The position numbers were made by a program, and so were the translations under genes. From the IMG/VR virus record IMGVR_UViG_3300023174_000047, positions 128,001 through 192,000 of that record: DNA of 64,000 nt. One strand, written 5' to 3'. The notes below the pieces were generated by a model, which was not told where the DNA came from, ran no database searches, and worked only from the letters and a program-made list of their open reading frames with translations. Each line of letters starts with the position of its first letter. The first letter of the stretch is position 1. This document shows positions 1 to 8,201 of the stretch, piece by piece. This stretch comes from a virus (Duplodnaviria; Caudoviricetes).

Positions 1-1
1 G

Positions 2-427
2 CACTGTATTTTTAATTGCTTCACGCTTTTTAGCATAAAATAAACAAATTTCTTTGAGCTTGCGTGCATAAAACGGAATTGCAATGGCAAGATCCGAAGC
101 ATCATCATAATTAAGATTGCTTAAAAAACGTTTTTCATCAGCAGTTGTAAAATTAAGAGCAATATCCTTTAATAAATCTACATAACGCTGCCTAATTACA
201 TCTGTATTATTTGATGGTGCTTCATTAACAAGTGCATACCACTGCTGCAAATAATTATTATAACCCTCTGTAAATTGTTCTGGTGTTGCAATTTGCTTTG
301 AATATTTTAAGTATTCAAAGAAAGAAAAGGGCTGAAAATTATCCTTTGTATCTACAGCATCAACAGCGGCGTTGGTTATTGAATAATCAACTGTTGCAGA
401 ACCAAAGCTTGAAAAATTAGATGGCAT
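2..427 (-). CDS. Hypothetical structural protein, 5' part only (runs off the window)
   Basis: Manual translation from ATG at 427: MPSNFSSFGSATVDYSITN...FSFFEYLKYSK..., open to position 2; TAAATA just upstream on the - strand. Confidence 0.7.
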   Translation of the reverse strand, partial: MPSNFSSFGSATVDYSITNAAVDAVDTKDNFQPFSFFEYLKYSKQIATPEQFTEGYNNYLQQWYALVNEAPSNNTDVIRQRYVDLLKDIALNFTTADEKRFLSNLNYDDASDLAIAIPFYARKLKEICLFYAKKREAIKNTV

Positions 428-459
428 TTATATTATTTACCATGGCTCATGTATATTGG

Positions 460-936
460 TCATTTATTCCAACTTGATATGCATTTATCAAGCTGTTTTT
501 CCAAAACATTTTCAACAATCTCCATCTCCTCTGGGGAGAGATTCTCAGTAATATTAATTTTATTTTTATTAGGCTTAGGCACATTATATACCTCAACATC
601 TTTAAATTCAATGATGTTGTCTACAAAGTATGTGTTTGACATGTTAACATCATCACGTTCTTCTACTACTGTAAAGATGATTTCACCTTTAGCAGTACAA
701 ACACCAGGTCTTGTGTTTAGTTTTACATCAACATTAGTAAATTTTTCACGATATTTTTTGCTGCGCAACAATTGATCCATATCTTCGTGCTGATAATAAT
801 CCATATCATCATCGTCTGTTTCTTCTTCTGCCTGTTCTACTGAAGCAGAGTGATCAAACTGCTCCACATCCTCTTCATGTCTTTTTTTATGTTCATTAAT
901 ACTAGCTGCACGTTTAACTAAAAGATCAAATTTCAT
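460..936 (-). CDS. Acidic hypothetical late protein
   Basis: 158-aa ORF; TATAAATA at 942-949 on the - strand. Confidence 0.75.
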   Translation of the reverse strand: MKFDLLVKRAASINEHKKRHEEDVEQFDHSASVEQAEEETDDDDMDYYQHEDMDQLLRSKKYREKFTNVDVKLNTRPGVCTAKGEIIFTVVEERDDVNMSNTYFVDNIIEFKDVEVYNVPKPNKNKINITENLSPEEMEIVENVLEKQLDKCISSWNK

Positions 937-940
937 AGTG

Positions 941-1399
941 CTATTTATAATTTACTTTTTGTATTTTAGTCAAAACTTTATATATCCTCATCATTGAGAC
1001 AACTTGTTTTTCAAATTTGCGACACATTCTCTCAGCACGGCATTTATAATAATCATCAGGAGCAATGGTGTTTTCAGACCATTTATATATGTTAAATTGC
1101 AGCCAATGCATCATTTCATGTAAAATTGTAGCAAACAACTCTTTTTGGGTAAAATTATTCTCATTCATTAAGCCACCACACAAAGTAATTGCATTATCAT
1201 AATTATAATACCCATAATGGGAGTTATTTCTTTTGTCTGTGCGAATGGTTATGCTGTGATGTTTTGTATATTTAATATCATCAATAAAATGCGTGTTATA
1301 AAATGATGTAAATGCATTGCTAAACGCTTTTGCATCAAAACTACATATGCTTAGTGCTTTTTTTGCTGCAGCTGATAGTTTAAAATGGAATATTCGCAT
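941..1399 (-). CDS. SprT-like zinc metallopeptidase-domain protein
   Basis: HExxH motif (ATILHEMMHWLQ). Confidence 0.6.
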   Translation of the reverse strand: MRIFHFKLSAAAKKALSICSFDAKAFSNAFTSFYNTHFIDDIKYTKHHSITIRTDKRNNSHYGYYNYDNAITLCGGLMNENNFTQKELFATILHEMMHWLQFNIYKWSENTIAPDDYYKCRAERMCRKFEKQVVSMMRIYKVLTKIQKVNYK

Positions 1400-1442
1400 A
1401 GTCAGAGAATTTAGATATAAATATATTCAAATATTATTTACA

Positions 1443-1847
1443 ATGAGATTCCAAACATTTGAAACATTTTTCGAAACTACATCATCTGATCCAAGTACTC
1501 AAAAAATAGCTAATGATGTTGGCTATGGCAACTCATCACATGTGAGAAACAGTCGCATCACCGGATCAAGCGCTAATCAGCATATGGTTTCACAGAGCAA
1601 TATAAACACACAGAATGCAACAAAAAATAATAAAATTGACAAGGTATCAACTAATCCTGCTGCACAAGAAGTCTTGAATGACATGGATCTTCAAGAAATT
1701 CAAAATACACATGGCATTAATTTGAGTCAAATGCAGGACGATCAACCCAAACAAATAAATTCAAAAATTAATGCCGCAGTTGTAAAATCCAAAGATGCAG
1801 CCGGCAAACCAATGTTCAAATTAATCCATTACAAACCAATTTTATAA
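1443..1847 (+). CDS. Hypothetical late protein (start moved from 1317)
   Basis: TATAAATA at 1416-1423 precedes ATG 1443 (MRFQTFETFFE). Confidence 0.7.
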   Translation: MRFQTFETFFETTSSDPSTQKIANDVGYGNSSHVRNSRITGSSANQHMVSQSNINTQNATKNNKIDKVSTNPAAQEVLNDMDLQEIQNTHGINLSQMQDDQPKQINSKINAAVVKSKDAAGKPMFKLIHYKPIL

Positions 1848-2647
1848 TGAGCTATTACTCAGGAGCATATCAAGCACCAACCTGCGGTGTTTTTTATTCA
1901 GGTGCTAACAATGGCAACCTTGATTGCCAGGTAAATGTAAACGATCTTAACAGCAATGCTTCAGAACGCGAAACCATTTCTAATTCTATTCGCGAAGCCA
2001 TCAATAGATTTGGATCAACAGTGGCATATTATGTCAATACATACAATGTAAACAATGCAAACAACATATATGGTGAAAATCCAACTAGTGCATTCTATGG
2101 CCCAACAAACATTGTAATGTATGTTCAGCTGTCAGAAAATTCAGTAACACTTCGTAGATTTGGCTTCGATAGCGGTGATACCATCACAGCATATGTTCAC
2201 ATCAGTTCCTATAGCGCTATATTCTCTCCGTTGAGTGTTTATCCGTCACTCAGCCAAGCCATTGAGCCAAAAGCAGGTGATGTATTCCAGATGATCCAAT
2301 ATGGTGCAACACGCCCTGGTGATCGCAATGGTAAATTCTTTGAAATTACAGAGCGCGTTGATCAAGAAATGGATGATACAAGTATGAATCCATTGGGCGG
2401 ACATTACATGTGGAAGTTGCGCGCTCGACGCCTTGACTTCAGCTTTGAACCAGGATTATCCGGTGAAAAAGGTGCAGCACAAGTATTTGATAATGCTCTC
2501 AATGGTATTCTTTCAGGTGGCAGTGGCACTCAGGCTCCATCTCCGAGCAAGAGTTATCCTGGTAGTGCTGATGCAGAAAGCATCAATATTTTTGACCAAA
2601 GAGTAAATAATACAAGTGTTTATGGAGAGTATGGTTATAACACTTGA
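1847..2647 (+). CDS. Neck / head-completion protein, T4 gp14-like
   Basis: NIYGE...RFG...EPKAGD...FFEIT...YMWKLRARRLDFSFE pattern resembles gp14; morphogenesis context. Confidence 0.7.
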   Translation: MSYYSGAYQAPTCGVFYSGANNGNLDCQVNVNDLNSNASERETISNSIREAINRFGSTVAYYVNTYNVNNANNIYGENPTSAFYGPTNIVMYVQLSENSVTLRRFGFDSGDTITAYVHISSYSAIFSPLSVYPSLSQAIEPKAGDVFQMIQYGATRPGDRNGKFFEITERVDQEMDDTSMNPLGGHYMWKLRARRLDFSFEPGLSGEKGAAQVFDNALNGILSGGSGTQAPSPSKSYPGSADAESINIFDQRVNNTSVYGEYGYNT

Positions 2648-2676
2648 TTTTTATGTTGCACCATCCATAATATATA

Positions 2677-3390
2677 ATGATTACGTTTGATGAAGCCAAT
2701 CACAAATACCACAATGAGACTGGCCAGGAATATATAAGTGTAACAACTTTTCTAAATACATACAAAAAGCCTTTTGATACTGAGTTGCATGCTTCGCGTG
2801 TGGCAGAAAAAAATAATACCACACCAGAATCAGTTAAAGCAGCTTGGAAAGCATTAACCGTTGAATCACAGGATAAAGGCAAGGCTTATCACAAAGCTAT
2901 GGAAGATTACATCAAATTTGGCGAGATTGATTCAAAATATGAAGATCTCATCAAAAGTCTCAACAAAGCAAGTGAAGGTTTCAAGGCAACTAAAAAGACA
3001 GCAGAAGGTTTATTGTGGAATGATGATGCCCAAATTGCAGGTACTGCAGACCTGGTGCTTGAAAATGACAATGAATTCTTAATTCTTGATTTTAAGACCA
3101 ACAAAAAATTTAAATTCACTAATGATTTTGGTGAAAAATTACTTGCACCTTTAGATTATCTAGACTATTGTGAGTTCAACATTTATTCGTTGCAGTTGTC
3201 CTTGTATGCTTATATGAAGCAACAAACAACAGGAAAACATTGCAAAGGCTTAAAAGTTTTATATCTTACCATAAATAACTACAACAATTCAAAATACTGG
3301 AAAGAAATTCCAATTATTTACAACAAACACACCATAGAAAAACTAGTACAAATACGCAAAGCGTTCTTACAGCATGCAAACACACGATAA
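2677..3390 (+). CDS. PD-(D/E)XK exonuclease, Cas4/RecB-like
   Basis: AGTADLV...ILDFKT...YSLQLSLYAY motifs; sigma70-like TTGATT/TTGCAC and TATAAT upstream. Confidence 0.85.
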   Translation: MITFDEANHKYHNETGQEYISVTTFLNTYKKPFDTELHASRVAEKNNTTPESVKAAWKALTVESQDKGKAYHKAMEDYIKFGEIDSKYEDLIKSLNKASEGFKATKKTAEGLLWNDDAQIAGTADLVLENDNEFLILDFKTNKKFKFTNDFGEKLLAPLDYLDYCEFNIYSLQLSLYAYMKQQTTGKHCKGLKVLYLTINNYNNSKYWKEIPIIYNKHTIEKLVQIRKAFLQHANTR

Positions 3391-3793
3391 TGCAAATAGT
3401 CGGTTCTCAAAAACTAAAGTTGAAGAGTTTTGGAGATTGGTTGATAGTATCAAATGGGAAGATGGCCGCAACGCCGAGTCTGTAAAAACAGATTTGATGA
3501 AATTGGTCTCTTCTACAACTGCAGAAACAAACAAGCGTATTGCAGTTTTCTATGCATTGCAATTGGTAGATGCCTTTAGACAGTGGCATGCAAGCACTCA
3601 GGCAACTGAGCGTTATGATGCTGTTGATCTTGAATTTGCAGCAAGCAATGCAGTGGGTGGAGGCAAATTCAACTACAATCAATTCATGGCAGAGCCCCGA
3701 TGCCTTGCTAGTGAATTAAGCAACACATCAATTGAAGATAATTTTCTCAAATGTCTTCCATCAGAAGATGATTATTATGCAGTAGTCTCTTAA
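3374..3793 (+). CDS. Hypothetical protein (DUF4240-like N-terminus)
   Basis: EEFWRLVDSI start motif; 139 aa. Confidence 0.5.
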   Translation: MQTHDNANSRFSKTKVEEFWRLVDSIKWEDGRNAESVKTDLMKLVSSTTAETNKRIAVFYALQLVDAFRQWHASTQATERYDAVDLEFAASNAVGGGKFNYNQFMAEPRCLASELSNTSIEDNFLKCLPSEDDYYAVVS

Positions 3794-3809
3794 CTATAAA
3801 AAAATAAAC

Positions 3810-3843
3810 AAAAAAAGAGCAGCAATAAAGCTGCTCTTTTTTT
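3810..3843. terminator. Bidirectional intrinsic terminator
   Basis: AAAAAAAGAGCAGC-AATAAA-GCTGCTCTTTTTTT between convergent genes. Confidence 0.9.
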
Positions 3844-3864
3844 TAATCTTAATTGCTCTTCTTA

Positions 3865-4662
3865 TTAATCGAAGATTGATTTGCCGGTTGTAAGGTTGCC
3901 TACCTTGTTGTTTTTACCCATGAGAGCCTTGCCTTTGTCACCTAAAGGCTTTGGCTCGGGCTCAACTTTAGCGCCTTTTGCTGATGTATCTGCTTTGCCG
4001 CCTGATTTGCCTGTGACTGTGCTTCTGACTTTGAAACCGCCTTTGCTCATCATTTTGTGACCTCTGTTGCCAACTGGCTTAGGCTCTGGCTTGACTTCGA
4101 TGCTTTCAGGGAATGTATCCTCATCTTCATCTTCATCTTCAAATTCATCTACATCTGCACCGAGATCCTCAGCACCCATTTCTTCATCAGTCATTTCATC
4201 TTCTGCACCACCTTCAAGTTGGCTCATGAGTGCATCGTGCAGTCTTTGTGCAAGTTCACGTGGAAGTGAAATTGTGATTTCTGATTCATCGCCTGCATCG
4301 TCTGAAATATCAATATCAAGAGCATCAATGTCCTGTGTATCTTGGTCCAAATCAGAGGGATTATCCATTACTTCTTCGTATAGAGTGTCAAAAAGAGATT
4401 TCTTTGTCATATGAGTATTTAGGGTCTGTGGCTCTGCTTTTTCAACTCCTAATGAAAATCTTTGTGGGTCATACAAATTATTTTTCTTTGACTTTTTTGA
4501 ATCAAGAGGTGATACGTATCCCGAAGCATTTGCTGGTCCACCGTGATTTTCTACGTCCATGGTTTCAGCACCCATGGTTGGTTTCTTAATTTTAACTGTA
4601 GGAAGTGGTTTACCGCCATGACCTTTTTTGGTTTTGAATTTGACTCTAGTGTTGCGTTGCAT
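3865..4662 (-). CDS. Acidic, low-complexity late protein (possible head scaffold/core); start probably 4662
   Basis: D/E-rich core, repeated KPEPKP; TAAATA at 4668-4673 on the - strand; longer start 4707 overlaps terminase start. Confidence 0.65.
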   Translation of the reverse strand: MQRNTRVKFKTKKGHGGKPLPTVKIKKPTMGAETMDVENHGGPANASGYVSPLDSKKSKKNNLYDPQRFSLGVEKAEPQTLNTHMTKKSLFDTLYEEVMDNPSDLDQDTQDIDALDIDISDDAGDESEITISLPRELAQRLHDALMSQLEGGAEDEMTDEEMGAEDLGADVDEFEDEDEDEDTFPESIEVKPEPKPVGNRGHKMMSKGGFKVRSTVTGKSGGKADTSAKGAKVEPEPKPLGDKGKALMGKNNKVGNLTTGKSIFD

Positions 4663-4680
4663 GTTTCTATTTAATAAGCG

Positions 4681-4688
4681 TATAAATA
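4681..4688 (+). promoter_or_regulatory. T4-type late promoter for terL-N
   Basis: TATAAATA 9 nt before ATG 4697. Confidence 0.8.
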
Positions 4689-4696
4689 AAAACAGC

Positions 4697-6199
4697 ATGG
4701 CAAACAAAAAAGGCGATTATTATCTCAACAATCCTGCTCTACCCACAAGTAAAGCAGAGTTTGAGTATACATCTGAGATGATTAAAAATATTAAGAAATG
4801 TGAACAAAATTTGCTTTTCTTTGCAGAGAATTATTTTTACATCATAGATCCAGATGAAGGTAGAACCGTAATTAAACTATACAAGTATCAAAAAGATGCA
4901 CTGAGAATGTTGCGAGACAATAGATACAATTTGCTACTTGCAAGTCGTCAAATTGGCAAAGCTCTTGATGTAAATACACCCATCCCCTCACCAGATGGAT
5001 GGAAGACCATGGGCGAACTCAAAGATGGTGATCAAATATATGCAGCAGATGGTAGCATTTGCAATGTAGTAAAAGCACATGATGTGATGCATGATCGCAA
5101 ATGTTACAAAGTTGTTTTTAATAATGGTGAGGAGATTATTGCTGATGCGGATCATTTGTGGTTTACGCAGAGTCGATTGGAGCGACGCGCAAAGCAACAA
5201 GGTACTACAAAAACAACACAACAGTTGTTGAATACTCTTAAGACACATGGTGATGAGCCGAATCATAGAATTCCAGCATGCATTGCTGGTGTTGTAGGCA
5301 AGCACCAGCAATTACCTATGGATCCATATGTATTGGGACTATGGCTTGGAGATGGATGCAGTGATAGCAGATGCATTACAGCTAACAACCTTACAAACAA
5401 TAAACATATTCCTGATGTTTATCTCATGGCTTCAAGAGAGCAAAGATTAGAGCTGCTTAGGGGTCTGATTGATAGTGTTGGATACATGACGAAGTCAGGT
5501 GTTTGTCAGTTTTATAATACAAATCATACACTTGTTGAGCAGACCAAACAACTTGTAGAAAGTTTAGGATATAAAGTAACATCCAAGACCCATGTACCAA
5601 CCTTAAATGGTGTTGAATGCGCTGTTTGTAGCAGCATTACTTTCACTCCCATTGAGCCTCATATAAACAGCTCAAAACATAGAGCACAATGGCACTACAT
5701 CAAAGATATTCAGGAAGTTGAATCAGTTGCTGTTCGATGCATTACTGTTGATAGCAAGGACAATCTCTATTTGTGTGGAAAGCAATACATACCTACACAC
5801 AACACCACCCTGCTAACCATCTATGCATTGTGGATTGCATGTTTCAATCAAGATCAAAACATTATGATTGTTGCTAACAAAGAGAGCACAGCCATTGAAA
5901 TCTTCCGAAGAGTGCGTCTTGCTTATGAACAAATGCCAAACTGGCTCAAGCCTGGTGTTGACGAATATGGCAAGACGAGCATGATGCTCAACAATGGATC
6001 AAGAATTGGTATCAGTACCACAACTGGTTCTGCTGCTCGTGGTACATCTCTAAACTGTGTTAATGGTAATAGCATTATTACGGTTAGAAATAAAACCACG
6101 CAAGAGGTTGAAAATATAACAATTGCTGAGTTGCATCAAAGATTAGAAAAAAATACCTGGAAAACTAATTTAGTGGAAGATTCACCCAGTTTGATATAA
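4697..6199 (+). CDS. terL: Terminase large subunit, N-terminal fragment (cis-intein plus C-terminal split-intein IntN)
   Basis: gp17-like N-terminus (FAENYFYI...LYKYQ...LLASRQIGK), ANKESTAIEIFRR, SAARGTSLN; ends in an intein block A. Confidence 0.93.
   Translation: MANKKGDYYLNNPALPTSKAEFEYTSEMIKNIKKCEQNLLFFAENYFYIIDPDEGRTVIKLYKYQKDALRMLRDNRYNLLLASRQIGKALDVNTPIPSPDGWKTMGELKDGDQIYAADGSICNVVKAHDVMHDRKCYKVVFNNGEEIIADADHLWFTQSRLERRAKQQGTTKTTQQLLNTLKTHGDEPNHRIPACIAGVVGKHQQLPMDPYVLGLWLGDGCSDSRCITANNLTNNKHIPDVYLMASREQRLELLRGLIDSVGYMTKSGVCQFYNTNHTLVEQTKQLVESLGYKVTSKTHVPTLNGVECAVCSSITFTPIEPHINSSKHRAQWHYIKDIQEVESVAVRCITVDSKDNLYLCGKQYIPTHNTTLLTIYALWIACFNQDQNIMIVANKESTAIEIFRRVRLAYEQMPNWLKPGVDEYGKTSMMLNNGSRIGISTTTGSAARGTSLNCVNGNSIITVRNKTTQEVENITIAELHQRLEKNTWKTNLVEDSPSLI
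4961..5803 (+). mobile_element. Class 3 cis-intein (281 aa) in Walker A, degenerate LAGLIDADG domain
   Basis: GK|ALDVNTPIP...ADHLW...VRCITV...IPTHN|T; Ala1 plus Trp-Cys-Thr triad; LGLWLGDG and LLRGLIDSVG blocks. Confidence 0.9.
6056..6196 (+). mobile_element. Split intein N-half (IntN, 47 aa)
   Basis: GTSLN|CVNGNSIITVRNKTTQEVENITIAELHQRL then stop at 6197-6199. Confidence 0.88.
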
Positions 6200-6202
6200 A
6201 TA
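6195..6202 (+). promoter_or_regulatory. Late promoter for the intervening endonuclease
   Basis: TATAAATA overlapping the terL-N stop codon, 6 nt before GTG 6208. Confidence 0.7.
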
Positions 6203-6207
6203 AACTG

Positions 6208-7872
6208 GTGGTTATAGAAATAAAACAAACTGCAGATGCAGCTGCAAAATTAAGCAAAAAGAGTTTCGATGACCACCAGCTTAGTTTTATAGTAAAACAT
6301 ACACTATACAGTGATGACATAACTTTTGCACAAAATGTTTTTAATATCATCAACGGCAATGTTGTTTGGCTCTGCAAGAATTGCAGCAATGCATTAAAAT
6401 TTAGAGGATACAAAGATGGATATGGGTTGTTTTGTTCAACGAAGTGTGCAAATACAAGCAATGTTGATAAGATTAAACAGACACACATCAACAAATATGG
6501 CAAACCGTGGATAGGTTCAAAAATTTGCAGAGAGTATCAAGCTAAGTTAAACTTGCAGAAGTATGGTACGGAGATTTACCAACAAACTAATGAGTTTAAA
6601 CAAAAATTGCAAGACACATGGATCAACAAAGATAAAGAAGCATTGATGGCAAAGATGGTGCAAAAAAATTTAGAAAAGTATGGGACTGATCACTATTTTG
6701 AAACCGATGAATTCAAAAACAAATCACAACTCACATGTCTTAAAAAATATGGTGTCAGTAATGCAATGCAAAGTGCTGAAATTCAGAACAAAGCAAAAGC
6801 CAACAGTGCACTCAAATATATTGATGATATTCAAGAGCAGTGCAATGTAAAGTTGATTGATGAATATAATGGTTGTGCAAAGTATACAAAATATCAGTGG
6901 CAATGTTTAGTATGCAACAACAGCTTTTATGCAGATATATCCATCGGTCACCGCCCCCGGTGTTTCAATTGCAATCCCAGACAAGGAACAAACATTGAAG
7001 AGCGGTTGTTTGAATTTTTAAATGAATGTGGTATTTCATATATTATTCGCAGCAGACAGGTGATATCGCCCTATGAGGTGGATATTTTTATTCCACAAAG
7101 CAATGTTGCCATTGAAGTCAATGGATTAATTTGGCATAGTCTTAGATCTGGTGGCAAAGATAAATTGTATCATGTTAATAAATTTCAAATGTGTCTAGAC
7201 AAGGGCATAAAACTCATACAGCTATATGAGGATGATATACTTGATGAGGATAAATTTAACATCATCAAAAGTAGATTGTCTGTTGTTCTTAATATGCAAG
7301 GCATGCAGCGAATTTATGCTCGTAAATGTGAATTTAAAAAAATCAATGCAACAGATGCAAAAACATTTTGTAATGAAAACCATCTTGATGCTTACTGCAA
7401 TGCCCAATTTAATTATGGGTTATTCCACAACAATAAACTTGTTTCCGTTGCTTGCTTCTCAACAGTTAAATCGAGAATCATATTTCGCCAAAGCAATCAG
7501 CCTGCTGCACATGAATTAATTAGATTCTGCTGCATAAAAAATACTCAGGTCATAGGTGCATTGAGTAAATTTGTTAAAAATCATGCAAACCTACACCAAA
7601 CCAACATTATTTCATATTGCGATTTGAATTGGGGTAGAAGTACATCTTATATTCATGCAGGATTTGAATATATAAAGCAAACTAGCCCCGGCTTCTACTA
7701 CATTAAAAACAACAAAAGACATCATAGATTTACTTTTGCTAAGCACAAGCAAAAGCAATTATTTGAAAACTTTGACCACAATTTGACAGAATTTCAAAAC
7801 TGTTTTAACAATAATATTGATGTATTGTTTAATGTGGGTTGCGATAAATATATGTATAAATGGCTGACCTAA
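6208..7872 (+). CDS. Free-standing putative homing endonuclease (Hef/Vsr-like PD-(D/E)XK domain plus C-terminal GNAT-like domain)
   Basis: N-terminal KYG repeats and CxxC motifs; YEVDIFIP...AIEVNGLIWHS...IKLIQLYEDD; HELIRFC...ISYCDLNWG...AGF. Confidence 0.82.
   Translation: MVIEIKQTADAAAKLSKKSFDDHQLSFIVKHTLYSDDITFAQNVFNIINGNVVWLCKNCSNALKFRGYKDGYGLFCSTKCANTSNVDKIKQTHINKYGKPWIGSKICREYQAKLNLQKYGTEIYQQTNEFKQKLQDTWINKDKEALMAKMVQKNLEKYGTDHYFETDEFKNKSQLTCLKKYGVSNAMQSAEIQNKAKANSALKYIDDIQEQCNVKLIDEYNGCAKYTKYQWQCLVCNNSFYADISIGHRPRCFNCNPRQGTNIEERLFEFLNECGISYIIRSRQVISPYEVDIFIPQSNVAIEVNGLIWHSLRSGGKDKLYHVNKFQMCLDKGIKLIQLYEDDILDEDKFNIIKSRLSVVLNMQGMQRIYARKCEFKKINATDAKTFCNENHLDAYCNAQFNYGLFHNNKLVSVACFSTVKSRIIFRQSNQPAAHELIRFCCIKNTQVIGALSKFVKNHANLHQTNIISYCDLNWGRSTSYIHAGFEYIKQTSPGFYYIKNNKRHHRFTFAKHKQKQLFENFDHNLTEFQNCFNNNIDVLFNVGCDKYMYKWLT
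7843..7850 (+). promoter_or_regulatory. Late promoter-like box for terL-C
   Basis: GATAAATA 10 nt before ATG 7860. Confidence 0.6.
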
Positions 7873-8201
7873 ACAATCATATTTCTGTTTTTAATTCTGA
7901 GTATGAAATTTTAACACATGAAGGTTTTAAGGATTTCAAAGGCGTAATTAGGGGCGATAATCACAACAAAATTGAGTTGGAATTGTCAAATGGACGCAAT
8001 TTGATATGCACACCCAAACATAAAATATATAAGCACGATATGCAAATTGCATTTGCAGAAGATTTGCATGCAGGTGATGAATTGTATAATGGCATTGAAA
8101 TTAAGAAGAAAACCCAATTTACAGACAGCAACAGTGTGTATGAAATAATACACATACAAGATAATCATTCATATTTGGTAAATGATGTTTTGTGTCATCA
8201 A
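7860..8201 (+). mobile_element. Split intein C-half (IntC, 114 aa) ending His-Gln
   Basis: EILTHEGFKDF...ICTPKHKI (block B TxxH)...VYEII...HSYLVNDVLCHQ|C. Confidence 0.88.

Noticed and set aside
4628-4707. Long starts at 4628 (terL) and 4707 (acidic ORF)
   Set aside because: They overlap head-to-head; late promoter boxes favour 4697 and 4662
6197-7859. Group I intron or frameshift joining the terL halves
   Set aside because: No catalytic core elements seen; the endonuclease ORF fills almost the whole gap; both halves end or start with intein blocks and have their own promoter boxes
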